In this document: in pieces, positions 47,068-55,926 of the stretch
How the letters are laid out: each line of letters begins with the position of its first letter
Position numbering within the stretch: the stretch's first letter is position 1
Source of the DNA: Thermoplasmata archaeon
GTDB lineage: Archaea; Thermoplasmatota; Thermoplasmata; RBG-16-68-12
Assembly (NCBI GenBank): GCA_036395115.1
Contig: DASWDU010000039.1
Location: 2 to 64,001 of the forward strand
Length of the DNA stretch: 64,000 nucleotides
Reading direction: 5' to 3'
Position numbers and translations under genes: made by a program
The notes under the pieces: generated by a model
What the model saw: only the letters and a program-made list of their open reading frames with translations
Told to the model about the DNA's origin: nothing
Databases searched by the model: none

Positions 47068-48636
47068 CTATGGAGCGAGCAGCGCGCGGAGTCGCTCCCA
47101 CACCCCGAGCGGCCCCCTCCAGCGGAAGACGCTGCCGCAGTCCTCGCATCGCCCCCCGCCGTCGTCGTCGAACGCGACCCGCCGCGAGGAGCAGACGCCG
47201 CAGATCCCCGCCACCGGTTTCGAGATCCCCCGCCGCCGCCTTTCTTCGTCGACCTGTCCCTCGAGGCTGCGGGCCACTTCCTCCGCATTGCGGGCGAGGG
47301 TTAGCCCCGCGAGGTAGTCGCCCTTCGCGAGGACGTCCCGCGCCTGGCGGAGGAGCGTGCGCACCTCCGCCGCGCTCAGGTCGTACGACTCCGCCTCCTT
47401 GAGGACCGGTTCGCTCGCCGCGATGATTGCCTGCGCCTTCTCGACCTGCGACTGCCGGAGCTGAATCGCCCGTTCGATCTGCCGCTGCTGACCCTTCATC
47501 GCGAGGCGCTCCGCCCGTTTCAGGAGGTCCCCGGCCCGACCGTACTCCGCCGCCGAGATTGAGGTCCGCGCCTGATCCAGGAGGCTTTCCGCCTCCCCCA
47601 CGTCCGCGCCGACGTTCCGCGCGAGCTCGATGTGGTCCTCGACCGAAGGGACCGACCCTGCGACCTCCTCGATCCGGCGGCTGCTCGCGTCGCCCGCCCT
47701 CCGAGCCGCCTCGACGAAGCTCTCGCGGGCCGACGCGAGGCGATGGCGATCGAGGAAATCGGCGCCCTGTTTCCAGGCGTCCTCGGCGAGGGCGACGGCG
47801 GCTCCGAGGTTTGCGGCCTCGCGAATCGTATCCCGCGTCTGGGCGAGGAGCTCACGGACCCGATCCGCCTCTCTCGCGTTCGCGTGGCCCGCGGCCCGCA
47901 CGAGATCCGAGAGAAGGGCGTCGTCGACCACGGAACCCTGGACGAAGGCATCGCGGGCACGGGTCAGGACGGCCGCGGCATCGGCGGCGGTCGGCTCCGT
48001 CGGGTCGCAGGGCTCCAGGAGCGCTTGGGCCGCGAGGATCGCGTAGGACCAGGATGCGCGGCGCAACGGCTCCGTCGTGCGTTCGGCGATCCGAGACGCC
48101 TCGTGCGCCGCCGAAAGGGCCGCCTCGAACCGCTGCTCCTGGAACCGCTTCCGGGCCGCCTCGAGCAGCGCCTCGACGCGCTCGGCGTCCACGCCGGACT
48201 CCTTCCCGAACAGGAAGCCCGACTCTTTCTCGAGGATCGCCTCGAGCTCCACCAGGATGTCCGACGAGTCCCTCGACCCGGCGAGGGCCTCGACGAGGTC
48301 CGATTTCCGCTTCAGGCCCTGCAGGCTCACCCGATGGCGCTCCCCGAGCTCCCGGAGCTGGCGCGGTCGCAGCCGCTCGAGGCGCGACTCGATCCGCAGA
48401 CGGTCCGCCTCGGCCGCGATGCCGGCTGAACCCGGAAGTTCGAGCAGCGCGTGGATCAGATTGTCCCGTCCTCGGGGATCCGCCGGATCCAGGCCATGGG
48501 CGCGCGCGAGCTCTTCGAGCACGTCGTCCGGGAGGGCCTCAAGGGTCTCTTGGAGCGAACGCGGGATGCGCGAGACCTCCGCCCGAATCAAAGCCGCCGC
48601 GCCGGAATAAACGTTGTGCCGCGGCGGGTCACGCAT
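47068..48636 (-). CDS. Helical-repeat protein with two N-terminal Rho_N/HeH-like modules and a C-terminal zinc ribbon (hypothetical)
   Basis: 522 aa from the internal Met at MRDPPRHNVYSG. LEELARAHGLDPADPRGRDNLIHALL and LRELGERHRVSLQGLKRKSDLVEAL resemble the Rho N-terminal/HeH motif. Repeated A..GDY..A...A helices follow. The C-terminus is CGVCSS...CEDCGS. Confidence 0.5.
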   Translation of the reverse strand: MRDPPRHNVYSGAAALIRAEVSRIPRSLQETLEALPDDVLEELARAHGLDPADPRGRDNLIHALLELPGSAGIAAEADRLRIESRLERLRPRQLRELGERHRVSLQGLKRKSDLVEALAGSRDSSDILVELEAILEKESGFLFGKESGVDAERVEALLEAARKRFQEQRFEAALSAAHEASRIAERTTEPLRRASWSYAILAAQALLEPCDPTEPTAADAAAVLTRARDAFVQGSVVDDALLSDLVRAAGHANAREADRVRELLAQTRDTIREAANLGAAVALAEDAWKQGADFLDRHRLASARESFVEAARRAGDASSRRIEEVAGSVPSVEDHIELARNVGADVGEAESLLDQARTSISAAEYGRAGDLLKRAERLAMKGQQRQIERAIQLRQSQVEKAQAIIAASEPVLKEAESYDLSAAEVRTLLRQARDVLAKGDYLAGLTLARNAEEVARSLEGQVDEERRRRGISKPVAGICGVCSSRRVAFDDDGGGRCEDCGSVFRWRGPLGVWERLRALLAP

Positions 48637-49045
48637 CGCGCGGTCGGTAGCGGCGGAGGACTTCGATGGCCCACTGCACTTTCCGGAACTCGCGCGGGTC
48701 TCCACCGGAGTCCGGATGCAGACGCTTCGCGCGCTCCCGGTACGCCCTCTCGATCGCCGCGCGGGAGGGCCAGCCTCGGCCGAACCGCGGCGGGTGGATT
48801 CGCACGTCCGCGAAGCCGAGGATCCGAAGGGCGGCGTCGATCCCCTTCGTCTGCAGGTAGAACTCACGGAGGTCCGAGAAGATCCCGCCCGACTCGTGGC
48901 CGCCCTCGATGCTGAACCGCTTGTGGTCCCGGGCGATGGCGGTCCCGAAACGGTGGTCCCGGCCGCAGGCGAAGCAAAAGTATCGGTCGACTACGCATCG
49001 CGATGCGTGTTCCGTCGGATGGCGCGAGGTCGGAGCGCGTCGGAT
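48629..49045 (-). CDS. J-domain-like ORF (HPD motif) preceded by a Cys/His zinc knuckle. No canonical start codon in frame.
   Basis: Hand translation of the minus strand gives ...CVVDRYFCFACGRDHRFG...GIDAALRILGFADV...AAIERAYRERAKRLHPDSGGDPREFRKVQWAIEVLRRY. That is J-domain helix II, the HPD motif and helix III. The stop overlaps the ATG of the downstream 522-aa gene (ATGcgTGA). Not present in the supplied ORF track. Confidence 0.3.
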   Translation of the reverse strand: MRRAPTSRHPTEHASRCVVDRYFCFACGRDHRFGTAIARDHKRFSIEGGHESGGIFSDLREFYLQTKGIDAALRILGFADVRIHPPRFGRGWPSRAAIERAYRERAKRLHPDSGGDPREFRKVQWAIEVLRRYRPRDA

Positions 49046-49072
49046 TCAGACCGCCTCCTCGATGTCAGCGGT

Positions 49073-49498
49073 TCACCGCGATGAAGAGCCCGTGAGCTGA
49101 ACCGCCTGGTCCGCGAACTCCATTGCGGCTTTGTAGTCCCCCGCCGCATATGCGGCACGGGCTTGGCGCAGGGCTTCCTCCGGCTGCTGGACGTCGAAGC
49201 GGCCGCGTTTTGCTTTTCTCGTCGCGCGGCGGGCTTCCTTCATTCGTGCGACCAGGGCGTCCCTCGCCGGTCCACCCGACCTCCTCGTCGCCATCTGTGC
49301 AGAGATTTCTAGGATCCGGTCCGCGATCCGAGCGGCGTCCTGATAGTTGCCCGATTCGAACGCCGCGCGGGACTCTTTGAGCAGCCGGCGGAGTTCGCGT
49401 ACGTCGAATCCGGAGTCTCGGGCCCTCTTCGCCGCTTCGAGAGCCTCCGTCATGCGGCTCAGCGCCGCCCTCCGATCCGGTTGGTATGGGGCGGACAT
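49073..49498 (-). CDS. Small helical-repeat protein (two MIT/TPR-like hairpins)
   Basis: 141 aa from the internal Met at MSAPYQPDRR within ORF 49073-50005. AFESGNYQDAARIADRILE and AYAAGDYKAAMEFADQAVQL share their repeat motif with the 522-aa protein downstream. Confidence 0.45.
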   Translation of the reverse strand: MSAPYQPDRRAALSRMTEALEAAKRARDSGFDVRELRRLLKESRAAFESGNYQDAARIADRILEISAQMATRRSGGPARDALVARMKEARRATRKAKRGRFDVQQPEEALRQARAAYAAGDYKAAMEFADQAVQLTGSSSR

Positions 49499-49600
49499 GG
49501 TGGTCTCGGCCCGATCGGAGAGGGCAATTCCTACCGGATAAGGGCTTGCTCCGCGCCCGCGGGCAAAGCCTTTATCGAAGCGGGCCGCGTTGGCGCATTC

Positions 49601-50770
49601 GTGTCGTTCCGAGCCGGGCCCTCCGTGTTCAAAGACCAAGGGAAGCTCTCTTTCGACTACGTCCCGGAGAAGATGGTCCACCGGGAGGCACAGATGCAAC
49701 GGCTCTTCAGCTACCTGCGACCGATCGTCGAGGCGGGCACGTCGAGCAACGCGTTCCTGTTCGGCCCCGTCGGCACGGGGAAGACCCACACCGCGAAGCG
49801 CTTCTGCGCAGACTTCCGGAAGCACGCCTCGGAGCACGACCGCGCGGTCGACTACGCGTTCGTGAACTGCCGGCAGCGGATGGGGGACGACGCGGTCCTG
49901 TTGGCCCTCGTCCGGCACTTCGACCCCCACCACCCAGAGCGCGGCTTCTCCGTCGCGGAGAAGCTCGACACGTTCAAGAAACACCTCGAGAAGCACAAGC
50001 TGCACTTCATCGTGATCCTCGATGAGGTCGACGCTCTCCTGAAGAAAAGCGGCGCGGATCTCGTCTACGCGTTCGCCCGCGCCGCAGAGGAGAGCCCCGG
50101 GGCAAAGGGGAACATCTCAATGATCCTGATCTCCCAACGGCCAAACGCCCTCGAGTACATGGACCCGGCGGCCCTGAGCACCTTCCGTCGCTCGAGCGTC
50201 GTCGAATTCCCGAAGTACGACCACGAGGAACTCCGGGACATCGTGACGATCCGCGTACAGCTCGCTTTGCATCCTGGCACGGTAGACCAAGAAATCATCG
50301 ACTTGATCGCGGACATCGCATCCGAGTTCGGCGACGCGCGCTACGCGATCGAACTCCTCGAGAAGGCCGGCATGCTCGCGGACGAAGAAAGCGTCGAAGA
50401 GGTCGCGCCCGAACACATCCGAGGGGCCAAGGCCCACGTCCATCCGACGGATGTCCAAGAGCGTCTGGGCCTCCTCGATGCCCCGAAGAAACTCGTCCTC
50501 CTCGCGATCGCGCGCAAGAGCCGCAAGAAGGCGTACATCACCATGGGCGACGCGGAGGAGGCGTACACGGTCGTGTGCGAGGAGTACGACCAGAAGCCGA
50601 GGGCCCACACGCAGTTCTGGAAGTATGTTCGAGACTTGGACGCCCTCGGCCTGATCGACACGAAGCTGAGCGGCGAAGGGGTGGTCGGCAAGACGACGCT
50701 CATCTCTCTCCCGGAGATCCCGGCAAAAGTCCTCGCTGATAATCTGGAACGAAGTTTGAAGAGTCGATGA
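49601..50770 (+). CDS. cdc6: Orc1/Cdc6 replication initiation protein
   Basis: LSFDYVPEKMVHREAQMQRLFSYL, Walker A GPVGTGKTH, AAA+ sensor motifs and a C-terminal winged helix are present. Start taken as an in-frame GTG 120 nt into ORF 49481-50770. Confidence 0.9.
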   Translation: MSFRAGPSVFKDQGKLSFDYVPEKMVHREAQMQRLFSYLRPIVEAGTSSNAFLFGPVGTGKTHTAKRFCADFRKHASEHDRAVDYAFVNCRQRMGDDAVLLALVRHFDPHHPERGFSVAEKLDTFKKHLEKHKLHFIVILDEVDALLKKSGADLVYAFARAAEESPGAKGNISMILISQRPNALEYMDPAALSTFRRSSVVEFPKYDHEELRDIVTIRVQLALHPGTVDQEIIDLIADIASEFGDARYAIELLEKAGMLADEESVEEVAPEHIRGAKAHVHPTDVQERLGLLDAPKKLVLLAIARKSRKKAYITMGDAEEAYTVVCEEYDQKPRAHTQFWKYVRDLDALGLIDTKLSGEGVVGKTTLISLPEIPAKVLADNLERSLKSR

Positions 50771-51375
50771 GGGGTACGGAGAAACCGATGGGATGGGTGC
50801 AACCGCACGATGCCATCATGGGCTCGGAGGCTGAGTCACTTCGCTCTGGCATGCCCATGGACCTCGAGAAAGGCGCGTGTTACCTCGTGAAGGAGAAGAA
50901 GCCCGAGCTCAGCTTCCGTCTCTTCGATCTCCTGATCGCGCAGCGGACCCCGGGGGTGTGCATCACCCGCCAATATCCGGAGCGAGTGCGGCGGGAGCGC
51001 GGCCTCACGGACGTCCGTGTCATCTGGCTCAGTCACACGCCGGGCGAGGACTTCCACAACCCGACCGCGATCGGCACCCTGGCGAAGGTGATCCAGAAGT
51101 TCATCGAGGACAACAACGGGGAGGGCGCCGTGCTCCTCGACGGCTTGGAGTACCTGATCATCAACAATGGGTTCCTCCAGACCCTGATGTTCGTCGAGCA
51201 TGTCAACGAGTTCGTCATGCAGCGCCGCGCCGTCATCATCTTCCCGGTGAGCCCGGAGACGCTCGAGGAGAAGGAGCTCGCCTTACTCGAGCGCAACGTG
51301 AAGGTGCTGGAGTCACCGGCCCTCAAGACGGATCTCGAGGCGCGCGAGGTCAGCCGGCTCCTCGACACCTATTGA
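50767..51375 (+). CDS. DUF835 domain protein
   Basis: GVCITRQYPERVRRERGLTDVRVIWLS...LLDGLEYLIINNGF...LEEKELALLER matches the archaeal DUF835 pattern. The start overlaps the cdc6 stop (ATGA). Confidence 0.65.
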   Translation: MRGTEKPMGWVQPHDAIMGSEAESLRSGMPMDLEKGACYLVKEKKPELSFRLFDLLIAQRTPGVCITRQYPERVRRERGLTDVRVIWLSHTPGEDFHNPTAIGTLAKVIQKFIEDNNGEGAVLLDGLEYLIINNGFLQTLMFVEHVNEFVMQRRAVIIFPVSPETLEEKELALLERNVKVLESPALKTDLEAREVSRLLDTY

Positions 51376-52736
51376 GGCGCGGGACGCGACCCGATTTGGC
51401 GGCCGACGATTTCGTCGACCATGCCGACGAACTTGTCTTCCTTGCCCTTCGGGATCGTCGCACCGGACGCGATGTTGTGCCCCCCGCCGTTTCCGTCGAC
51501 GGACGCGGCGGCCTCCCGCAGGGCGACCGCGAGATCGACGCCCGATGCGATCTGGTCCCGCGTGCCGCGCGCCGACACCTTCGTGTGGCCGTCCAACACG
51601 GAAAGGGCGATGACCGGCCGCGCCTGGTCGAAGAAGAACTGCATTCCGGTGCCCGCGACGGATCCCGCGAGGCTCGGGTCGTCGCAGTAGAAGAACTGGA
51701 TGTGCTTCTTCGTGTAGAGCCCCTCCCGCTCCAGGCCGGTGAGGTACCCGAGCGTGCGGGACGTGTATTGGTCGAGTAGCCCCTCGGCCTTCCCGAGGGC
51801 CTCCCGATCTCCGAGGCACACCGCCATCCCGAGCCCCTCCTGGCCGAGGCGGTCGCAGCTGTTCACGTACGCCTCGAGGTCCTGCGCGTAGATCTGATCC
51901 GGCTCGATCCAGTAGCGGTCCTCGACGAGCGTGTCGAGCGCCTCGGGTGCGGCTCCGTTCTCCACGAGGTGGAGCGCCAGCACCGACGTCAGCTTCCTCC
52001 GCGCCGCGGGCTCAAGCTGACGGACGCTCACGTCGGAATCGAAGCCCGCCTTTTTCAGGAATGCGGCCGACGCCTCGGGGCGCCCGGACAGGCCGCGGAA
52101 GTACGGACGGACCGAGCGTGCGATTGCCTTCGACAGGGGCAAGTCCCGGAGGGCGAGCTGACGCTCCGGCACGACGATCTTGCGGTCCGCGGCCTCGGCG
52201 AAGAGCGCGCCGTTCAGCCCGACGAATCCCCCGACGGCCTGCATGTCGCCGATCGCCCCGGCCATGGCGATGCCGGCGAGGTCCCAATTTCGGTCGTCGA
52301 GGAGGAGCGTGAAAAGCCAGGTCGTCGTCGCACCGCACATCTCGCGGGCTCCGTCGATGCCATGCTGATGCGGGTTCACGTGCACGATCGCCTCGGAGTC
52401 CCGGACCGGCTTGTGGTGGTCCAACACCACGACGGGATAAGGCAGGCGCTCCAAGAGGTCGAGCTGGGCCGAGCCCATATCGCTCACCACGAGGAGCTCA
52501 TTCGACTCCGCCAGGAGGCGGTCCGCGGAAGCGCGGTCGAGGGCGTGCGCCAACGACGCGTGGATTCGCTTCCCACGGCGCATCAAGGCCCGCGCGAGGA
52601 TCGACGCCGACGTCGTGCCGTCCGGATCGTAGTGACAGAACACGCGGATGCGCGAAGCCGCATCGACGAGGTCGACGGCCCGCTGCGCGCGGTCGAGAAG
52701 ACCTTGGGGCGCCAGGTCGTCCAGGCGCTTCGCCAT
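51369..52736 (-). CDS. DHH-family phosphoesterase (RecJ/GAN-like, DHH plus DHHA1)
   Basis: N-terminal DHH motifs (HYDPDGTTSASIL, VVLDHH) and a C-terminal GGGH motif; 455 aa. Confidence 0.75.
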   Translation of the reverse strand: MAKRLDDLAPQGLLDRAQRAVDLVDAASRIRVFCHYDPDGTTSASILARALMRRGKRIHASLAHALDRASADRLLAESNELLVVSDMGSAQLDLLERLPYPVVVLDHHKPVRDSEAIVHVNPHQHGIDGAREMCGATTTWLFTLLLDDRNWDLAGIAMAGAIGDMQAVGGFVGLNGALFAEAADRKIVVPERQLALRDLPLSKAIARSVRPYFRGLSGRPEASAAFLKKAGFDSDVSVRQLEPAARRKLTSVLALHLVENGAAPEALDTLVEDRYWIEPDQIYAQDLEAYVNSCDRLGQEGLGMAVCLGDREALGKAEGLLDQYTSRTLGYLTGLEREGLYTKKHIQFFYCDDPSLAGSVAGTGMQFFFDQARPVIALSVLDGHTKVSARGTRDQIASGVDLAVALREAAASVDGNGGGHNIASGATIPKGKEDKFVGMVDEIVGRQIGSRPAPQ

Positions 52737-52743
52737 CGGTCAC

Positions 52744-53199
52744 CTACTTCACTTGAAGTTCCGCCAGTTTGAGGGAGTAATCCCAATCCGAGGGCAGGAG
52801 CCCGCGATCCTTGTAGTAGCGGGACAGCCGTCGGATCTTCGACTCGATAAGCTGCAGCCCTCGCTTGTTGCTCAGGTCCTTGCCGTGCTCCTTCAGGTGC
52901 GTCTGCAGGCTCCCGGCGCGCTTGATGAGGCTCGCGAGATCCTCGGGCATCGCGAACTTCGCGCCTTTCGACCGCAAGATTTCGTGGACGCTGCGTCCCG
53001 TGGCGAGGCGGACGCTCGGGACGCCGTACGCATCGCGCAGGCGCACGCCGATCGCCGCGGCGGAGAGGCCTTCCTGGTGCAGGCGCAGGATGGTGTCTTC
53101 CACCTCGGCCTTCTCCATCCCGACCCAGGCCGGATTCGCCTTCAGAAACGGTCGGGTCGAACCGCTCTTCCCCTTGCGGTGTGCATGGAGGCGGGCCAT
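52744..53199 (-). CDS. rps15: 30S ribosomal protein S15 (uS15/S13e)
   Basis: MARLHAHRKGKSGSTRP ... RLHQEGLSAAAIGVRLRD ... SRYYK is the archaeal uS15 pattern. Confidence 0.85.
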   Translation of the reverse strand: MARLHAHRKGKSGSTRPFLKANPAWVGMEKAEVEDTILRLHQEGLSAAAIGVRLRDAYGVPSVRLATGRSVHEILRSKGAKFAMPEDLASLIKRAGSLQTHLKEHGKDLSNKRGLQLIESKIRRLSRYYKDRGLLPSDWDYSLKLAELQVK

Positions 53200-53238
53200 C
53201 GTTTTCCTCGGAGGCCGTCGCATACCGCGGGCGCGTAT

Positions 53239-54030
53239 TTAAGATTGAGCCCGTGGTCGCGCGACCGCCATCACGCGAAACGTTTTGTCGGTCGCGGGCC
53301 CGAATCCCTTCTTCATGTTCGTCGCCGCGAACGCGCCCAGTAGATCGAAGCCGGATCGGCGGAGGAGGGTCCGGATTTCGTCGCGATGGTGCGTCTGGAC
53401 GATGTGGACTTCTTCGAACCGCTCCAGGACGTGGGCGTCACGCAACACGAAAAAGCGGAACTCCACGGGAAGCCGCCCCGTGTCCGGATCGAAGCGGCTC
53501 TCCTCCAAGCGGATGATCTCCCGTTCCGGGCTTCGCTTGTGGGTCCACGATTGGGACGGCGAGGGCCGCGCGGCGGACCCTTGCCAGAACTCGAAGACGA
53601 AGAGTCCGTCCCGTGACAAATGCCGCCGCACGGAGCGCAAACATCGCGCGATGTCGCGCGGTGTGAGGAGATATCCGAAGGCTCCAAACATGCACACGGC
53701 CGCCCCGAAGGTTCTTCCTAGATCGAACGAGCGCATATCGGCGCGGACGAATCGGACGCGGACCCCCGCGGCGACCGCTTTCTCTCGCGCCCGGACGAGC
53801 ATCGCCCGAGATCGATCGACCCCGGTCACATCGTATCCGCGTCGTGCGAGAGGGAGATCGTGGTTTCCGGTCCCGCACCCGAGGTCCAGGATCGCGATGG
53901 GTTTTAGCCGGAAACGGCGGAACACCTTCTCCAGGAAATCGACGTCTCCTTCGTAGTCCACGATTCCTTCATAGATTTGATCGTAATGGCGGGCGAAACG
54001 GCCGTAGGAAACGTCCGACGACGGCGCCAT
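53239..54030 (-). CDS. Class I SAM-dependent methyltransferase
   Basis: ILDLGCGTGNHDLPLARRGYDVTGVD is motif I; 263 aa. Confidence 0.8.
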   Translation of the reverse strand: MAPSSDVSYGRFARHYDQIYEGIVDYEGDVDFLEKVFRRFRLKPIAILDLGCGTGNHDLPLARRGYDVTGVDRSRAMLVRAREKAVAAGVRVRFVRADMRSFDLGRTFGAAVCMFGAFGYLLTPRDIARCLRSVRRHLSRDGLFVFEFWQGSAARPSPSQSWTHKRSPEREIIRLEESRFDPDTGRLPVEFRFFVLRDAHVLERFEEVHIVQTHHRDEIRTLLRRSGFDLLGAFAATNMKKGFGPATDKTFRVMAVARPRAQS

Positions 54031-54062
54031 CCGCGGCGCGAAGGCCCTCCGTGGGGATGATG

Positions 54063-54725
54063 CTATGGCTTCGTCACCACCACCGCCGCGTGGTCTGTCT
54101 GGAACGGAGCGAGGGACCGAACGTCCGCGACCGAGAGGCCCGAGGACGCCAACGTCTGCTTCGCCGACTCAAAGACGCGAGCCGGCGCCGCAGTGACGTC
54201 GGTGGACCGCGCCTTGACGATGAGGAACGCCGTGCCCCCGGGCCGCAGCATCCCCATGTTCTTGAGGAAGATCGACTCCTGATCGCGCTGGGCGACGTCC
54301 TGGTACACGACGTCGACCGTCCCGACCCTTCCCGCGTACGTCTCCGGCCTCGATGCGTCGCCGAGGACGGGCACGAGATTTGCGCGGCGCTCCGCCAGGG
54401 TCAGGAGGTTTCGAAACGAACGAGGCGACACCTCGACGGCCGTGATGAGTCCGCGGGCACAGATGTCCGAGACGTGGCTCACCGTCGTGCCGCTCCCAGC
54501 ACCGAGGTACAAGACGGAGGCTTGCTCTCCGAACGGCCAGCGACGCCCGCCGCATTTCAGGTACGCGGCGAGCTTGCTTCGGTTCGCGTCCCAGCGTCGG
54601 TACTCGACGGCGGCCTCCACGGGGAGGCTCTCGCCGTACACGGAGACGCCGGGGACGAGGTTGCGCGTCAGGAGCCACGCTCCCTCCGTGTAGACGCCGT
54701 CCCATGTCGTCGGACGGATCGCCAT
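54063..54725 (-). CDS. flpA: Fibrillarin-like rRNA/tRNA 2'-O-methyltransferase
   Basis: Aligns along its whole length with archaeal fibrillarin (YRRWDANRSKLAAYL, VLYLGAGSGTTVSHVSDI, VLGDASRPETYAGRVGTVDVVYQDVAQRDQ, LIVKARSTDVT). Start taken as the internal Met at MAIRPTTW within ORF 54063-54965. Confidence 0.85.
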   Translation of the reverse strand: MAIRPTTWDGVYTEGAWLLTRNLVPGVSVYGESLPVEAAVEYRRWDANRSKLAAYLKCGGRRWPFGEQASVLYLGAGSGTTVSHVSDICARGLITAVEVSPRSFRNLLTLAERRANLVPVLGDASRPETYAGRVGTVDVVYQDVAQRDQESIFLKNMGMLRPGGTAFLIVKARSTDVTAAPARVFESAKQTLASSGLSVADVRSLAPFQTDHAAVVVTKP

Positions 54726-54783
54726 CGTACCCGCCAAGGGAGGGGTTGTAATGAGGCTTCCGCGACACGGCAAACGGACGCTC

Positions 54784-55926
54784 TTACGTCCCGCGTCGTT
54801 TGCGCGATTTCTTGGCGGGAGTCCGACGCGCCTTCGGTGACGTCCCCGGTCCGGTCTCGGGCGACGGCTTGGCCGCGAGCGGATTCTTCGCCGTTCCCGC
54901 GGCGAGACGCTTCCGTCCCGCGAGCGCCTCGGCGTCTTCCGGGCGCATCCGCAGCACCTGGGCATAGGCGCGCGTCGCGTCGGCGGTCTGGCGCGCCTCC
55001 TCGTGCGCCTTCCCGAGGTTCAACACGATCCGAGGAAGCTCGACCTGCTTCGCGGCCCGCTCGAGGGTCGTGACTCCGGAACCCGCCCGGCCCGAGTGCA
55101 CGAACGCGACGCCGAGGTTGTTCAGCGCTTCCGCCCGCCTAGGATCGAATTCGAGGAATTCCCGGAGCGCGCCGATGGCTTCGCGTGTTCGACCCGCCAA
55201 AAGCAACGCGGCGCCTCGATTGATCCATGCGCTCGCGTCCCGTGCATCCCGCCGAACGGCTTCCTGGAACGCGCTCGCCGCGTCCTCCGGATGGCCGGCC
55301 CTGAGGAGCGCGATCCCCCACGCGCGCGCGAGGCTCGGGACCGCTGGGTGGGCTTCCGTGGCCACGCGGAGCACGTTGCTCGCCTCGTCCGCAAAGCCGG
55401 CGCGCGCCAAGAATCCAGCTTTCATCAAGAGCGCCCGCACATCCACGGGGCGGAGGGCGAGGTACGCGTCGCACAGGCGCGCTGCCCCTTCGAAATCCCT
55501 GTCGGCGGCGAGCGCCTCGGCCCGATGCAGGTCCGCGGCTGGATCGCCCATCTGAGCGGCTCGCCGGAACGCCTTCGTGGCTTCCCCCAGGCGCCTACGC
55601 GCGAGGTCCGCCTCGCCCAGCCCGACCCACGGAGCGGGCGCGTCCAATTGGATCGTGGACTCCCAGAGCCGCGCCGCGAGATCGGGAAATCCGAGTCGGG
55701 TGAGCAGCGGAGCGAGTTGCGCGGGCCCCGCACGCCAGCCCTCGGGACGCGTTCGACGGCGGACGTGGTCGAGGACCCGCATCCGTACGACCGCGCTGCG
55801 ACCTTTCGGATTCAGCCCGAGGGATTCGCACATCCGCTGGAGCGATGGCCAGTCGGCGTGCTCTACCTCCGCGGCGGACGGCAGGCTCACGGCGTCACCT
55901 CCCGGCACCGCACGGAGATCGCGCAT
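54784..55926 (-). CDS. TPR-repeat protein with an N-terminal Rho_N/HeH-like motif and a basic C-terminal tail
   Basis: Multiple 34-aa TPR units (for example AWINRGAALLLAGRTREAIGALREFLEFDPRRAEALNNLGVAF). The start is assumed to be the internal Met at MRDLRAV within ORF 54784-56142. Confidence 0.55.
   Translation of the reverse strand: MRDLRAVPGGDAVSLPSAAEVEHADWPSLQRMCESLGLNPKGRSAVVRMRVLDHVRRRTRPEGWRAGPAQLAPLLTRLGFPDLAARLWESTIQLDAPAPWVGLGEADLARRRLGEATKAFRRAAQMGDPAADLHRAEALAADRDFEGAARLCDAYLALRPVDVRALLMKAGFLARAGFADEASNVLRVATEAHPAVPSLARAWGIALLRAGHPEDAASAFQEAVRRDARDASAWINRGAALLLAGRTREAIGALREFLEFDPRRAEALNNLGVAFVHSGRAGSGVTTLERAAKQVELPRIVLNLGKAHEEARQTADATRAYAQVLRMRPEDAEALAGRKRLAAGTAKNPLAAKPSPETGPGTSPKARRTPAKKSRKRRGT

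Noticed and set aside
48629-49075. Selenocysteine or programmed readthrough of the two TGA codons to fuse the 141-aa protein with the J-domain ORF
   Set aside because: There is no SECIS-like context, and two stops lie only 8 codons apart. Pseudogenisation or a sequencing error is more parsimonious.
49499-49600. Possible replication origin between the divergent cdc6 and helical-protein genes
   Set aside because: The spacer is only about 100 bp, GC-rich, and lacks ORB-like repeats or an AT-rich DUE.
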